A DNA stretch of 64,000 nt. Source: Oleiphilaceae bacterium (GTDB lineage: Bacteria; Pseudomonadota; Gammaproteobacteria; Pseudomonadales; Oleiphilaceae). The notes under the pieces are model-generated. The model saw nothing but the letters and a program-made list of their open reading frames with translations, ran no database searches and was not told the origin of the DNA. The DNA lies in contig OZ246020.1 of the NCBI GenBank assembly GCA_965230795.1, positions 1,554,585-1,618,584 on the forward strand. The letters are read 5' to 3'. This document shows, in pieces, positions 19,444 to 29,574 of the stretch. How positions within the stretch are numbered: the first letter of the stretch is position 1; each line of letters starts with the position of its first letter. The position numbers were made by a program, and so were the translations under genes.

Positions 19444-20196
19444 ATGATGACTGACAAGCATACTCTGCAAGCGACAACCATTCTGGACTACCAGAATCCA
19501 GCCATTCAGGCACTGATCGATTCGCGCAGCTGGCGGGAGCTTGATCCCTATGAGCGGATTGGCGAGGCTTATGACTTTGTGCGCAACGAGATTGTCTTTG
19601 GTTACAACCGCTCGGATGATCTGCCTGCCAGTGAAGTGCTGAAAGATGGCTATGGTCAATGCAATACCAAAGGCAGTCTGTTGATGGCGCTGTTGCGAGC
19701 GCTGGAGATTCCCTGCCGCTTTCATGGCTTTACCATTTTTAATGCCCTGCAAAAGGGAGCGATTCCCGGCTATGTGTTCTGGTTGGCGCCGAAGCGTATT
19801 TTACACAGCTGGGTAGAGATCGAGTGGCAGGGAGAATGGTTGAATCTCGAGGGCTTTATTCTGGATCAGCGCTACCTGAGCTCGGTGCAGCAGCGATTTG
19901 GCAATCGTGATCGAGCCTTTTCCGGCTATGGGATTGCCACCACCTGCTTACAGCAGCCCGAAGTGGAGTGGCAAGGCAAGAACACTTATATCCAGAAGGA
20001 AGGTATTGCTGATGATTTCGGGATCTATGATTCGCCCGATACCTTCTATCGCGAGCACGGTACAAATCTTAGGGGAATTAAACGGCTGGTCTATCGCTAT
20101 CTGATTCGTCATGTGATGAACTGGAATGTGGCGCGTATTCGTAAACAGGTGCCGGAGAGTGGGTCGTCGGGCACAGGTCTCTGTCAGGGTTCCTGA
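19444..20196 (+). CDS. transglutaminase-like cysteine peptidase superfamily protein
   Basis: Cys-containing core GYGQCNTKGSLLMALLRALEIPCRFHGF with downstream His/Asp region. Strong RBS (aaaggagcaaattATG). Confidence 0.7.
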   Translation: MMTDKHTLQATTILDYQNPAIQALIDSRSWRELDPYERIGEAYDFVRNEIVFGYNRSDDLPASEVLKDGYGQCNTKGSLLMALLRALEIPCRFHGFTIFNALQKGAIPGYVFWLAPKRILHSWVEIEWQGEWLNLEGFILDQRYLSSVQQRFGNRDRAFSGYGIATTCLQQPEVEWQGKNTYIQKEGIADDFGIYDSPDTFYREHGTNLRGIKRLVYRYLIRHVMNWNVARIRKQVPESGSSGTGLCQGS

Positions 20197-20272
20197 CGGT
20201 GACAAAACCAGCACGGAACGGGGATCGGCGACTACACTGAATGCGAAGACATAATTGCCAAGGAGCCGCCCG

Positions 20273-20869
20273 GTGCTGACGGAACTGATCAACGACTACC
20301 TCAAACTGCTGTTTATCATGACGCCGTTTTTTGTCCTGTCATCGTTTATCACCATGACGGTGGGGATGGGGGAAACCGCCCGTCGGGGTATCGCCGTCAA
20401 GGTGACCATTGCGGTCTTGCTCGCCTGTTTCGCCATGTTCTTCTTCGGCAAATACATTTTTGAGCTCTTTGGTATTACCCTGGATGCCTTTCGTATTGGT
20501 GCTGGATCCATGCTGTTTCTCAGTGCGGTGTCACTGGTGAATGGCAGTCGGAAAGTCTCGGTGGATAGTGATAATGAAGACATTGCCGTGGTGCCGCTGG
20601 CGATCCCCATTACCGTTGGTCCCGGCGCTATTGGTGTGATGATGGTGATGGGGGCCGAGCCCCGGGAAACCATGTCGTTGCTGGTGTTCTGTATTGCACT
20701 CACCGCCGCCGCCTTCAGTATTGGCGGCATGCTCTGGTCATCCAACTGGCTACAGCGCTATTTGAGCCCACAAAGCCTGTCGGTGATGCAGAAGATCACC
20801 GGGCTCTTTGTCGCTGCCATCGCCGCGCAGATTATCTTTACCGGCATTCGGAATTTTATGCTGCCATAA
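20273..20869 (+). CDS. MarC-family (UPF0056) integral membrane protein
   Basis: Six TM helices. N-terminus LTELINDYLKLLFIMTPFFVLSSF is typical of MarC. Start set at the GTG at 20273, which lies 7 nt after an AAGGAG RBS; the listed 20255 start is TTG. Confidence 0.8.
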   Translation: MLTELINDYLKLLFIMTPFFVLSSFITMTVGMGETARRGIAVKVTIAVLLACFAMFFFGKYIFELFGITLDAFRIGAGSMLFLSAVSLVNGSRKVSVDSDNEDIAVVPLAIPITVGPGAIGVMMVMGAEPRETMSLLVFCIALTAAAFSIGGMLWSSNWLQRYLSPQSLSVMQKITGLFVAAIAAQIIFTGIRNFMLP

Positions 20870-20890
20870 AAGAAAAAATGAAAAACGACT

Positions 20891-23210
20891 TTAAGCCACC
20901 TTGGTCGTACCTCGTTTCTCAGCAGCCTTCTCAATCACCTCGATACGTGCCGGGATGAATTTGTGCCAGGGGGTGCCGGCGAGAAAATCCCGACGCTGGT
21001 TGTCGGTAAATTCATTGGGCGCAAGCCCCAATTGAATGGCTTCGCCATGCTCGTCGGTGTATTGGATACCAGTGCCGTTGGGTAGGGAAACGTGTCCGGG
21101 TTGCATCATGTCGTTCACTTCGATACACACCTCGCCGCTGGCGCGTTCCGTGCTCAGGCGGACAATGTCGCCTGTTTCACTTCCCAGCTTCTCGGCATCT
21201 GCCGGGCTGATCCGCAGGGCTGCATACAGGCCTTTCTTGTGCCAGCGGGGATTGCGCACCGCGGTATTGGCAGTTTCGCTGCGGCGTTCGCCGGCGGACA
21301 AAATAAAGGGGTAGTCGGAGTCGTCCTGATCCAGTCCTTTTTGCAGGCTGTCCAGCTCGGGAATGAGCTCCGGAATATGCAGATTGATGCGCTGGCCGGG
21401 TTGTCGAATGGCCTGCCAGCTTTCTTCAAAATTGCTGCGGGCATAGACCACGCCCGAGGGTGAATTCAAAATCGATTTGAATAGTTTATTGGCTGCTAAT
21501 GGCAATGGGCCGCCAAAACCGGCGCGCTTCGCCGCCTCGGGCGAGGCCTGAATATACATCAGACACAGTCCCCATATGACTGCGGCATTCTCCATGCCTT
21601 GCGGCAGAGTGGGGCCCAATGTGCGGTAAAGCATCACGCTGACATACTTCATGAGTTTGGAAGAGACGGCTGCCTGCGCCATAAACGCGGCGGTAAAGGC
21701 TGGTAAGCCGGCTTTCGCCGCCAGTCGCAAGACACGATAATCCTTGTCACTGAGCTCATCCATGGCTTCGAGCAGACGCGCATTGATTTCCGCCTCCGTT
21801 AAGGTTCCCGCTTTGGGTGGAAACAGTGGATGACGCAGGTGAAAGGCGTTGTCCGGGAATTCCAGATTGAAGAAAGTCGCTTCGGCTTTTTCGAACTGGC
21901 TGGAGCAGGGCAAAACGTAGTCTGCCTCACGCGCGGTTTCCGTCATGGCGACATCGAATACCAGTGAGAAATCCAGTGCACGCATGGCTTCTCGCATACG
22001 TTGGCTGTCGGCAAGGGAATGGAGAGGGTTGCCGCTGTCTACAATCATGGCTCGAAAACGATCGGGGTGATCAGTCAGGATTTCATCGGGAATGACATTG
22101 CAGGGAATCAGACCAATGATAATTTTGGAGCCGGTAACAGGTGAGGTTTTCGAGCGGCTACCGCCACTGCCGCGTTTACCGGTTTCACCTTTGCTGGCTT
22201 TGCCCAGTGACAGGAAGGGTACAAACGCATTGCTGGTGCCGGGTTTGCCGTAGTTGCCGGTGGTCAGCCAGATCAGGCGTTGCAGGTAACTGCCCAGTGT
22301 GGAGTGTCGTGACATTTGCAGGCCCAGGTCTTCAAATACGCTGACCGATGAGGCTTTGGCAATGCGCTCTGCTGCCTTCACCAGTTGAGCAGTGGCGATG
22401 CCGCAAACTTCGGCATAGTGTTCCACATCAATATCACGGAAATGCGCTTCGATGTCTTCAAAGCCTCGGGTATGCTGCGCCATCCAGTCGTGGTCGACCC
22501 AGTCGTTCTGGATCAATATGGCAATCAGTGCTGCCAGCAGCCAGGCGTCGGTGCCGGGTTTCAGTTGCAGGTGGATGTCGGCTTTTTTTGCGGTCTCGCT
22601 GCGGCGCGGATCAATGACAATCATGCTGCGTTGGGGATCTTTCTCGATCTCGCGGATCACGGCACGGGCTCTGGCAAAGCCATGGGATTGCCATGGATTC
22701 TTGCCGAGAAACACGGAGACTTCGGCGTGCTCAAAATCACCGTGAGCACCCGCGGCGAGCATTTTACCGCCCACCCAGAACTCACCGGTTTTTTCCTGGG
22801 CCAGGGCGTTGGAACGATAACGTACGCCCAGTGCTTTCAGTAGCGCGTCGGTATAAGCACCACCAAGGTGATTGCCCTGACCGCCACCGCCATAAAACAG
22901 AATTCGCTCGCCGCCATGTTTGGCCTTCACGGCCTGAAGTTTTTCCGCAACCTCGCGGATGGCTGTGTCCCAGCTCACCGCTTCATAGCTGCCATCGGCC
23001 TTTCGACGCATGGGGGAGCTCAGTCTATCGGCACCATTCTGGTAGTAGTCAATGCGTTGCGCTTTTTCGCAGACATAGCCTTGCGATATCGGGTGCGCCT
23101 TGTCGCCCACTACCTTGTTGATATGGCCGTTTTTGGTTTGCACCTTGAGGCCACAATTGATTGAGCAGAGCATGCAGGCGGTGTGTTGCCATTCGTTGGT
23201 GGTTGCCATG
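20891..23210 (-). CDS. molybdopterin-dependent oxidoreductase (molybdopterin-oxidoreductase Fe4S4 domain at N-terminus)
   Basis: Start placed at MATTNEWQHTACMLCSINCGL (ATG 23210, GGAGG RBS), with a CxxCxxxC Fe-S motif followed by molybdopterin-binding domains. The upstream 86 codons of the long ORF have no RBS and carry odd composition. Confidence 0.85.
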
Positions 23211-23263
23211 ACGAGCCTCCGTGATGGGCTGGGGTAGGGAGATGAAACGGGGACAGATCCGTA

Positions 23264-23275
23264 TATGATGATCAT
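23264..23275. promoter_or_regulatory. 12-bp perfect palindrome CATAATATTATG in the tetR/Mo-oxidoreductase divergent intergenic region (candidate TetR operator)
   Basis: Perfect dyad between divergent starts at 23210 (-) and 23340 (+). Confidence 0.35.
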
Positions 23276-23339
23276 AATATTATGGGTATAATATGAGTCA
23301 AGTATTATCGCATTTTGAATCTCTGGAAAAGGCTGTTCC

Positions 23340-23945
23340 ATGAAAGACAAGCAGCAAAAGAACATACCAGGTGAGCGCAAGCAGGCGGTCGGCACTCGTC
23401 TGACCAAAGCGGCTGCAAGGCAATTGCGTGAGCATGGTCCATCGGGTATTTCGGTCAAGTCGGTCATGGCCCAGGAGGGTATGACGGTCGGGGGCTTCTA
23501 TGCGCATTTTGAAAACAAGGAGGCTTTGGTGATTGCAGCCCTGGAAGAGGCCTTTGCCGAAACCCACAGGCGAGCGCCAACAGAGCCCATTGATCTGAAC
23601 TACCTCAAGGGCTTTCTCAGGAACTATCTCAGTGAGGCCCATCGGGATCATCCCGGTTTTAGTTGTCCTATTGCCAGTTTGGCGACGGATATGCCCCGGG
23701 AGAGTGAGGCGGTGCGGCGTGTGTATCAAAGTGGCCTGCAATCTCTGATCGCCGCACTGTCCAAGGCCTTGCCATTTGACAAGCCGGAGAAGGCGGAGCG
23801 TCTGGCAATGAGCATGGCGGCCACTGCGATTGGAGGGCTGCAACTGGCGCGAGCGGTACCCGATTCTGACTATTCAAAACAGATTCTGGATGACTGTTTG
23901 AATTCCTTGTTTAGCCTGCTCGACAGGGCTATAGGCGATGAGTGA
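23340..23945 (+). CDS. TetR-family transcriptional regulator
   Basis: N-terminal TetR HTH (GTRLTKAAARQLREHGPSGISVKSVMAQEGMTVGGFYAHFENKEAL). Confidence 0.85.
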   Translation: MKDKQQKNIPGERKQAVGTRLTKAAARQLREHGPSGISVKSVMAQEGMTVGGFYAHFENKEALVIAALEEAFAETHRRAPTEPIDLNYLKGFLRNYLSEAHRDHPGFSCPIASLATDMPRESEAVRRVYQSGLQSLIAALSKALPFDKPEKAERLAMSMAATAIGGLQLARAVPDSDYSKQILDDCLNSLFSLLDRAIGDE

Positions 23946-24078
23946 GCTCTGGATCTGCCGAGTGTGATGCTTTTCTCATCACGATGGCTTATCCCCCATT
24001 TGTAGGAGATCTTTTCTGATTTCAGCGGCGTAGCATGTAAAGCCTCAATGCCCCCAAACAAATATAAGGAAGAGGCCC

Positions 24079-25740
24079 ATGCCAACTCAAACCCAAAGGG
24101 ACGCTCAGCGTTCCCGTTCCTCGTTCGTTTCACGTTCTTTGCGCTCGCTGGGCCTCTGTGCTTTGGCGGGCAGCGTGCTCGGTGCCAGCATGTCAGCAAG
24201 CGCTGCACCGGTCGATGCCAGTCATATGACGATTAATGGTGTCTCGCTTCAGTCGTTACTGGATTCAGAAGGACAGGTGCCGACGCCCGCCAGTGTGAAA
24301 CAGAAGTTTCGCTATACCGGTTATGGTCAGACCTGTAGCGATGCCGAGTGGTACATCAAGCTAGACGGTGCCAGCGAATGGGAAAATTTTGATGGCACCA
24401 AGTACGCAGAAAAGGTCATCCATCGCGCCGGTACGCATCAGCTCAAACTGACTGTGGATGGGTATAACAACTGGTTTACCTTCTGCTTTCATGCGGGGGA
24501 ATATTCCGAGACGGTGGTTGATTTGAAAGTCAGCACTCCCGGATATACCCAGACGCAGTATCCCATTATGGTGGTTCCCGGCGTACTGGCCTTTGACAAT
24601 ATCAATCTGCTGTTCGTGAACAACGAGTACTTCTTTGGCGTGGCAGATGCCATTGGCGAGAACTCGGACCAGCAGGTGCATACCTTTGCCCTGAATCCCT
24701 GGGAAGACACCGTTCCCCGCGGAGAAGATCTGGCTGGCCAGATTATCGAAACCATTATTAACTCGGCGCAGGAAGATCATGTTCCTTTTGACAAGGTGAA
24801 TCTGCTTGCGCATAGCCATGGTTCCACGACTGCAAGGGTTGCCATCAACTGGCTGAAGCAGCAGGGGCTGGATAATGTCGCGTCACTGACGACTGTGGCA
24901 GGCCCGCATTACGGCACGCCCACTGCGGATGGCGCCAAGTACGCCATGAATAACTGGGGCTGGACCGGCGACTTGCTGACGATGACGCTGATTCCCGGCT
25001 TTGAGCTTTTGGGCGATATTCTCTCCATTGTCAGCGGTAACCCGGAATACTATGGCGAAGGAGACTTGATGTCGGTGCTGCTCGACTTTACTCAGGAAGG
25101 GATGTACGAGTTTAACCAGGATTACCCCAGTTATGGTTTGCCCCAGGGCGGCAAGTATTACTCCAATGAAATTGCTGATGCGTCGGTGACGACGGATACC
25201 TTCTACGAAGCTTATGGACGCGGCGTCTATGAGGACTGGATTGGCGGAGCCCAGCAGAGCTATGACGTGGTGCAGGCAGATGGCACGGTTGTGACGCAGA
25301 ATCTGGTGATTGGCAATGGTCTCGGGCAGCAAGCAGATATTAACGCTAACGATGCGGTGCAATACTATTCCTTCGGTGGAACAGGTTCCTGGAATACCAT
25401 GCCCATCGCAGCATTGGGAGGTTTCCCCGGCGACTTGCTTGATCCGGTGCTGGCCATATTCAACTCCTTCTATGGCGTGCTTTACAACAACAATCTGAGC
25501 ATTCCTGAGGCGTCGGATTTTCCAGCGGGCTCGCCTGAGTTCATTCCCCATGATGCGTTTATTCCCGAATCCAGCTCGCGCTTTGGTCGATACATTGCCA
25601 CCCATTACTGGAATCACGTGGATGAGCAGAATGCCTTGATGGGTCTGGTGCCCAGTGAAGATCCTGAAGGTAATGCGGTAGCGAGCCCCATCAGTGTTTA
25701 TCGCACCCATGCCAACCGTTTGCAGAAGGCGGGCTTGTAA
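24079..25740 (+). CDS. secreted triacylglycerol lipase (alpha/beta hydrolase, GxSxG)
   Basis: RBS aggaag. Signal peptide (LGLCALAGSVLGASMSASAAP). Nucleophile elbow LLAHSHGS. Followed by a lipase-foldase gene. Confidence 0.8.
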   Translation: MPTQTQRDAQRSRSSFVSRSLRSLGLCALAGSVLGASMSASAAPVDASHMTINGVSLQSLLDSEGQVPTPASVKQKFRYTGYGQTCSDAEWYIKLDGASEWENFDGTKYAEKVIHRAGTHQLKLTVDGYNNWFTFCFHAGEYSETVVDLKVSTPGYTQTQYPIMVVPGVLAFDNINLLFVNNEYFFGVADAIGENSDQQVHTFALNPWEDTVPRGEDLAGQIIETIINSAQEDHVPFDKVNLLAHSHGSTTARVAINWLKQQGLDNVASLTTVAGPHYGTPTADGAKYAMNNWGWTGDLLTMTLIPGFELLGDILSIVSGNPEYYGEGDLMSVLLDFTQEGMYEFNQDYPSYGLPQGGKYYSNEIADASVTTDTFYEAYGRGVYEDWIGGAQQSYDVVQADGTVVTQNLVIGNGLGQQADINANDAVQYYSFGGTGSWNTMPIAALGGFPGDLLDPVLAIFNSFYGVLYNNNLSIPEASDFPAGSPEFIPHDAFIPESSSRFGRYIATHYWNHVDEQNALMGLVPSEDPEGNAVASPISVYRTHANRLQKAGL

Positions 25741-25829
25741 GGTTCCGGTCCTGAGGGATGTCGGCGAGCGTTCCTTGCGCTCGTCGGCGTCATCTATCTG
25801 GCAGTCGCATTAGCAGGAAGACAATCAGC

Positions 25830-26954
25830 ATGACCAAAAAGTGGAATATCGTAGCGATGACCGTCACGGCGAGCCTGGTACTTGCCTTGCTGTGGCAGAA
25901 CGAGCGTGAACGCGCGGCTGAATCTGCAAGGCCATCGGATTCATTGATTCCGGGAGCAATGGCGCCATCGGCCTTGAACTCGGGAGGTGCAGCGGATTCA
26001 GATGTTGTAGCGACCGAGGCTCCTGTTGAGGATGTGCCCTACCAGGGCCCCGCGGACGAGCTGGTTCAGCCGATTCAGATGAGTATGCAGCAGTACTTGA
26101 TGCAGTCAGCTTACGGCGCATTCCCAGCTAGTTTGCAAGGCTCGAGTATTCCGGCCTTGTTCGTGGATGCTTCCGGACAATTGCGAGTGGATAAGACGCT
26201 GTCGCACTTTTTCGAGTATTTTCTCTCTGCTGCTCGGGAAGAAGGACAGGCGCAAGTGCAGGCGCGCATTGAGGAATATCTGGTGCTGGCGCTGCCAGAC
26301 ACAGCCCAGGCGCAGGCATTGGCGTTGATGGATCGATATCTTGATTATCGCTCCCGGCTCAAAGGTTTTGTGCCTTCGGAGCTGGCACAGAATGATGACA
26401 ATCGCTATCTGGCGGAATTGGAGGCGAGTCTTGAAGGTCGTCGGGTCTTGCGTCGAGAGGTGCTTGGAGAGTCTGTCGCGCAGGCGATGTTTGATGAGCA
26501 TGAGCGCTATGAGCACTACAACCTGAACAAGGTGCGGGTGCAACTGGATGACTCGCTGAGTGCTGACCGGCGCGACCGGGAGCTGGCGCAGCTGGAAGAG
26601 TCATTGCCCGCGCACATTCGTGACCGGATTCGTTATCAGCGCGAGAAGGAGAACGTTGAGCGGGAGATTCAGGCTCTGAAGATGCAGGGAAACCGGGATG
26701 ATGAGATCTATGCCCTAAGACGGGATTTTTACGGCGAAACCGTGGCGAAGCGCTGGGCCTTTATGGAGGCACAATCATCCCAATGGCAGGCCCGTGTGTC
26801 CGCCTTTCATCAAAGCAAGGCATCGATCCTTGCCAGCGTCATGTTGACGGAAGAGCAGAAAACTCAACAGATCAATGAACTCAGGGACCGGGAGTTCACC
26901 GAGGAAGAGAAGCTGAAAATGGCCTGGCAAAGTTTGCAGGCCTCTGCCAACTGA
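25830..26954 (+). CDS. lipase-specific foldase / lipase chaperone (Lif family)
   Basis: N-terminal TM anchor (MTKKWNIVAMTVTASLVLALLW), then a long helical domain (RYLDYRSRLKGFVP...LRDREFTEEEKL) typical of Lif. The start was taken at the internal MTKKW ATG, which has an aggaag RBS. Confidence 0.75.
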   Translation: MTKKWNIVAMTVTASLVLALLWQNERERAAESARPSDSLIPGAMAPSALNSGGAADSDVVATEAPVEDVPYQGPADELVQPIQMSMQQYLMQSAYGAFPASLQGSSIPALFVDASGQLRVDKTLSHFFEYFLSAAREEGQAQVQARIEEYLVLALPDTAQAQALALMDRYLDYRSRLKGFVPSELAQNDDNRYLAELEASLEGRRVLRREVLGESVAQAMFDEHERYEHYNLNKVRVQLDDSLSADRRDRELAQLEESLPAHIRDRIRYQREKENVEREIQALKMQGNRDDEIYALRRDFYGETVAKRWAFMEAQSSQWQARVSAFHQSKASILASVMLTEEQKTQQINELRDREFTEEEKLKMAWQSLQASAN

Positions 26955-26959
26955 TTCAC

Positions 26960-27701
26960 TTAGCCTGTGCCGGAGAACAGGCTGCGATAGAGAATCAGCA
27001 GTGCCGCCAGAGAGGAGACGCTGAGTACTGCGGGGCGTATGACCGCCGCTGGCAGGCGTCGATTCAAGTGCCCCGACAGCCAGTAACCCAGTGCAATGCT
27101 GGGTATCAGACTGGCACCCAGAACAAATTCTTCAGGTCCGAATTTGTCTGCCGAATACAGTGCGGTTAACGACAGGATGCCGCCGGGAACAAAGATGGCG
27201 GAAAGCGTGCCCGGCAATCGCGGGCCGCTGACTTTTTGGAACACCAGTGACAGGGGTGGTCCGCCGATGGCAGTAATGGTTCCCATAAACCCGGACAAGG
27301 CTGCGGCCGTGCCGATGTAGGGTGGTCGCGGATCCGGAAATTCCCGCAGCAGGCTGATGCCGACGCTGACCAGTACCAATGTCCCCAGAAACACTCCCAG
27401 CCCCTTTGGCGAGATCCATTCGATCACCAATGCCGCGGCGAAGGTCCCGACGGCGAGCCCTGGAAGCGCCCAGAGAATATCCCGTTTGATGACGGCTTTA
27501 TGATCGCGGAAGACGATCATCAGTGGCAGCAGCATGCCGATCATGATCAGGGGGGCAGGGATAAAACCCGGATAAATCAGATACAAAAGCGGTACGCCAA
27601 ACACGCCGATGCCATAGCCGATGATGCCCTGAACCGTTGAAGCAAGAACAATGACGAGGCTGGCGAGAAGCCAGTCGCTTGCTGAAATCGGAAAGTCCAT
27701 T
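26960..27701 (-). CDS. TauE/SafE-family sulfite/anion exporter membrane protein
   Basis: MDFPISASDWLLASLVIVLASTVQGIIGYGIGVFGVPLL... About 8 TM helices; the duplicated 4-TM repeat pattern of TauE/SafE is present. Confidence 0.75.
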
Positions 27702-27825
27702 CTCGGTGGTGGGGCCTTTTTGTCAGAGTGGTTTGAAAGTTGAGAAGACCTGGGTGAATATACCGGACAGATCAGTCGAGATATTTCCGGACTCTCACAC
27801 AATTTTCACTAATGGTGCCAGCACA

Positions 27826-28536
27826 ATGACGGATCAGCAATCGCTTCCAAAATTTAAACAAACCTACGAAAGAGCCGTGGAGAGAAAGGGGGGGAAGCAG
27901 GCGCTGGAAAAGTTATTACGCACGCCCGATTCGCCGGACGACATTCGCGCTATCCCCGAAGATCGCTTTCTGTCCACCATGACCAAGTGTATTAACCAGG
28001 CGGGATTCAGTTGGAAGGTAATCGAGCAGAAGTGGCCAGAGTTCGAAGAAGCCTTTTTTGGTTTTAAGGTGGATACCCTGAGTTTGTTATCGGATGAGCA
28101 GTGGGAAGCCTATACCCAGGATCGGCGTGTTGTACGCAGCTGGCAGAAGATCAAGGCGCTGAAGGAAAATGTTGCCTGGCTCTACGAAGAAAAGACGGCA
28201 AGGGATGGTATCGCCGAGTTGATTGCGGCCTGGCCGGATGAGGATTACGTGGGCTTGCTGGCTTATCTCAAGAAGCATGGTTCACGCCTGGGTGGAAACA
28301 GCGGTCAGCGTTTTCTGCGCTACATGGGCAAGGACAGTTTTGTGTTGTCAAAGGATGTGGTGACCTGTCTGATCGGCTGTGGTCTGGATCTCAAACCTGA
28401 ACCTTCCAGCAAGCGGGAAATGGAGCTGATTCAGGCTACCTTTAACGCCTGGAAGCAGGAGAGTGGCCGCCCCTTTGTTCAGCTTAGTCAGATAGCGGCC
28501 TTTTCCGTTGGGGATAATGTGGTGGGTTTGGTCTAG
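27826..28536 (+). CDS. DNA-3-methyladenine glycosylase I (Tag)-like protein
   Basis: Core CINQAGFSWKVIEQKWPEFEEAFFGFKVDTLS...GGNSGQRFLRYMGKDSFVL...VVTCL resembles the Tag HhH glycosylase. Start set at MTDQQSL. Confidence 0.6.
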   Translation: MTDQQSLPKFKQTYERAVERKGGKQALEKLLRTPDSPDDIRAIPEDRFLSTMTKCINQAGFSWKVIEQKWPEFEEAFFGFKVDTLSLLSDEQWEAYTQDRRVVRSWQKIKALKENVAWLYEEKTARDGIAELIAAWPDEDYVGLLAYLKKHGSRLGGNSGQRFLRYMGKDSFVLSKDVVTCLIGCGLDLKPEPSSKREMELIQATFNAWKQESGRPFVQLSQIAAFSVGDNVVGLV

Positions 28537-28561
28537 TGATAGCCGGACCTGCTCGGTTATT

Positions 28562-28600
28562 CAGATGGCATTGGATTCTGACTACTTCCTGAGCTATCCA
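28562..28600. repeat. left copy of imperfect ~38-bp direct repeat (displaced 3' end of hxlR); left boundary of island 1
   Basis: AGATGGCATTGGATTCtGACtAcTTCCTGAGCT matches 43883-43920 at about 33 of 37 positions. The right copy encodes the C-terminus ...[12 protein letters not shown] of hxlR, whereas this copy has stops. A GC drop and AT-rich tracts begin here. Confidence 0.6.
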
Positions 28601-28890
28601 GGGGTATCAAGTGTCGAGCTGAATAATTCTGTGTGACTTGTATCGGCTTTTTTTGTTTTGATTGCTTTCCTTTCTGTTTTTTTTGCTAACTTAATTGCGC
28701 TGCTCGCAGCTTTCCAGGGATGAATTGCCTGTCTGAAAACACGGATGTACTTGATCTTGATTTGTTATTTTTAGTTTTCATCGTATTCGGTCATTTTTTA
28801 TAGCGGGTGCTCCCCTTTTATATGTCCAGTAGAATGCGCTCATTAAAAATTACATGTAAAATGTTGAAATATTACATGTAATAAAATATA

Positions 28891-29556
28891 GTGGTTTCCA
28901 TGAAAGCAAAATCATCTGCACATTATCAGCGTGAATATCGCAAACGCCTGCGAGAGCAGGGTTTGGTTAAAAAGGAGGTGTGGATACTTCCGGAAAACGC
29001 GAAGCGCCTTTCTGCCTACGAGAAAGTGCTTCGGTCGCGTGTTTCGGGGGAGTCTGCCCAGTTTGATTTTCAATTAGGAGTGAGTGGAATGAGCAATGAT
29101 TCAGATAGTGTCTTGAAAGCCTGGACGACTGAGGGCTTGTTGGATGCCTTGGGTAAGGAGTCCTTGGTTAGCAGTGGCCAGGCAAGGATAGAATTAATTG
29201 ATGGGTTGGAGTCAACGCTGCTGATCGAGATGAAAGAGTATGGAGACCTTCCTGTATTTCTGACGGTTTCCGGTGAGCAGATTATTGTTGAGGCTGTCAT
29301 GTGGTCAGTGGATGAAGTGACCGATGTGGCCGCATTTAACGATGCGATTCTGCGGACTCATAAATTTTTTCCTTTATCCACAATCAGTTTGGACAAGGTC
29401 GGTGAAGAAGGAGATTACTATCACATGTTCGGGGCGTTGAGCTCGACATCTCTGCTCTCCAACGTGGTGTTTGAAATTGAAGTTTTGGCAAGCAACGTAA
29501 TTCAGGCAACAGAAGCTTATAGTGAGTTTTTGTCCGTCCCTGTGGCCGCTAACTGA
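28891..29556 (+). CDS. hypothetical protein, first gene of the PspA-flotillin cluster (possibly DUF2170/YjfI-like)
   Basis: 221 aa, acidic, no TM. It directly precedes a PspA-like gene, as yjfI precedes yjfJ in E. coli. The basic N-terminus (HYQREYRKRLREQGLVKKEV) could bind nucleic acid. Confidence 0.45.
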   Translation: MVSMKAKSSAHYQREYRKRLREQGLVKKEVWILPENAKRLSAYEKVLRSRVSGESAQFDFQLGVSGMSNDSDSVLKAWTTEGLLDALGKESLVSSGQARIELIDGLESTLLIEMKEYGDLPVFLTVSGEQIIVEAVMWSVDEVTDVAAFNDAILRTHKFFPLSTISLDKVGEEGDYYHMFGALSSTSLLSNVVFEIEVLASNVIQATEAYSEFLSVPVAAN

Positions 29557-29574
29557 TAGCGAAGGAGTGATTAA

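Noticed and set aside
23211-23467. N-terminal 86-codon extension of the molybdopterin oxidoreductase ORF
   Set aside because: An internal ATG with a GGAGG RBS starts exactly at the conserved Fe-S motif. The extension covers the divergent promoter.
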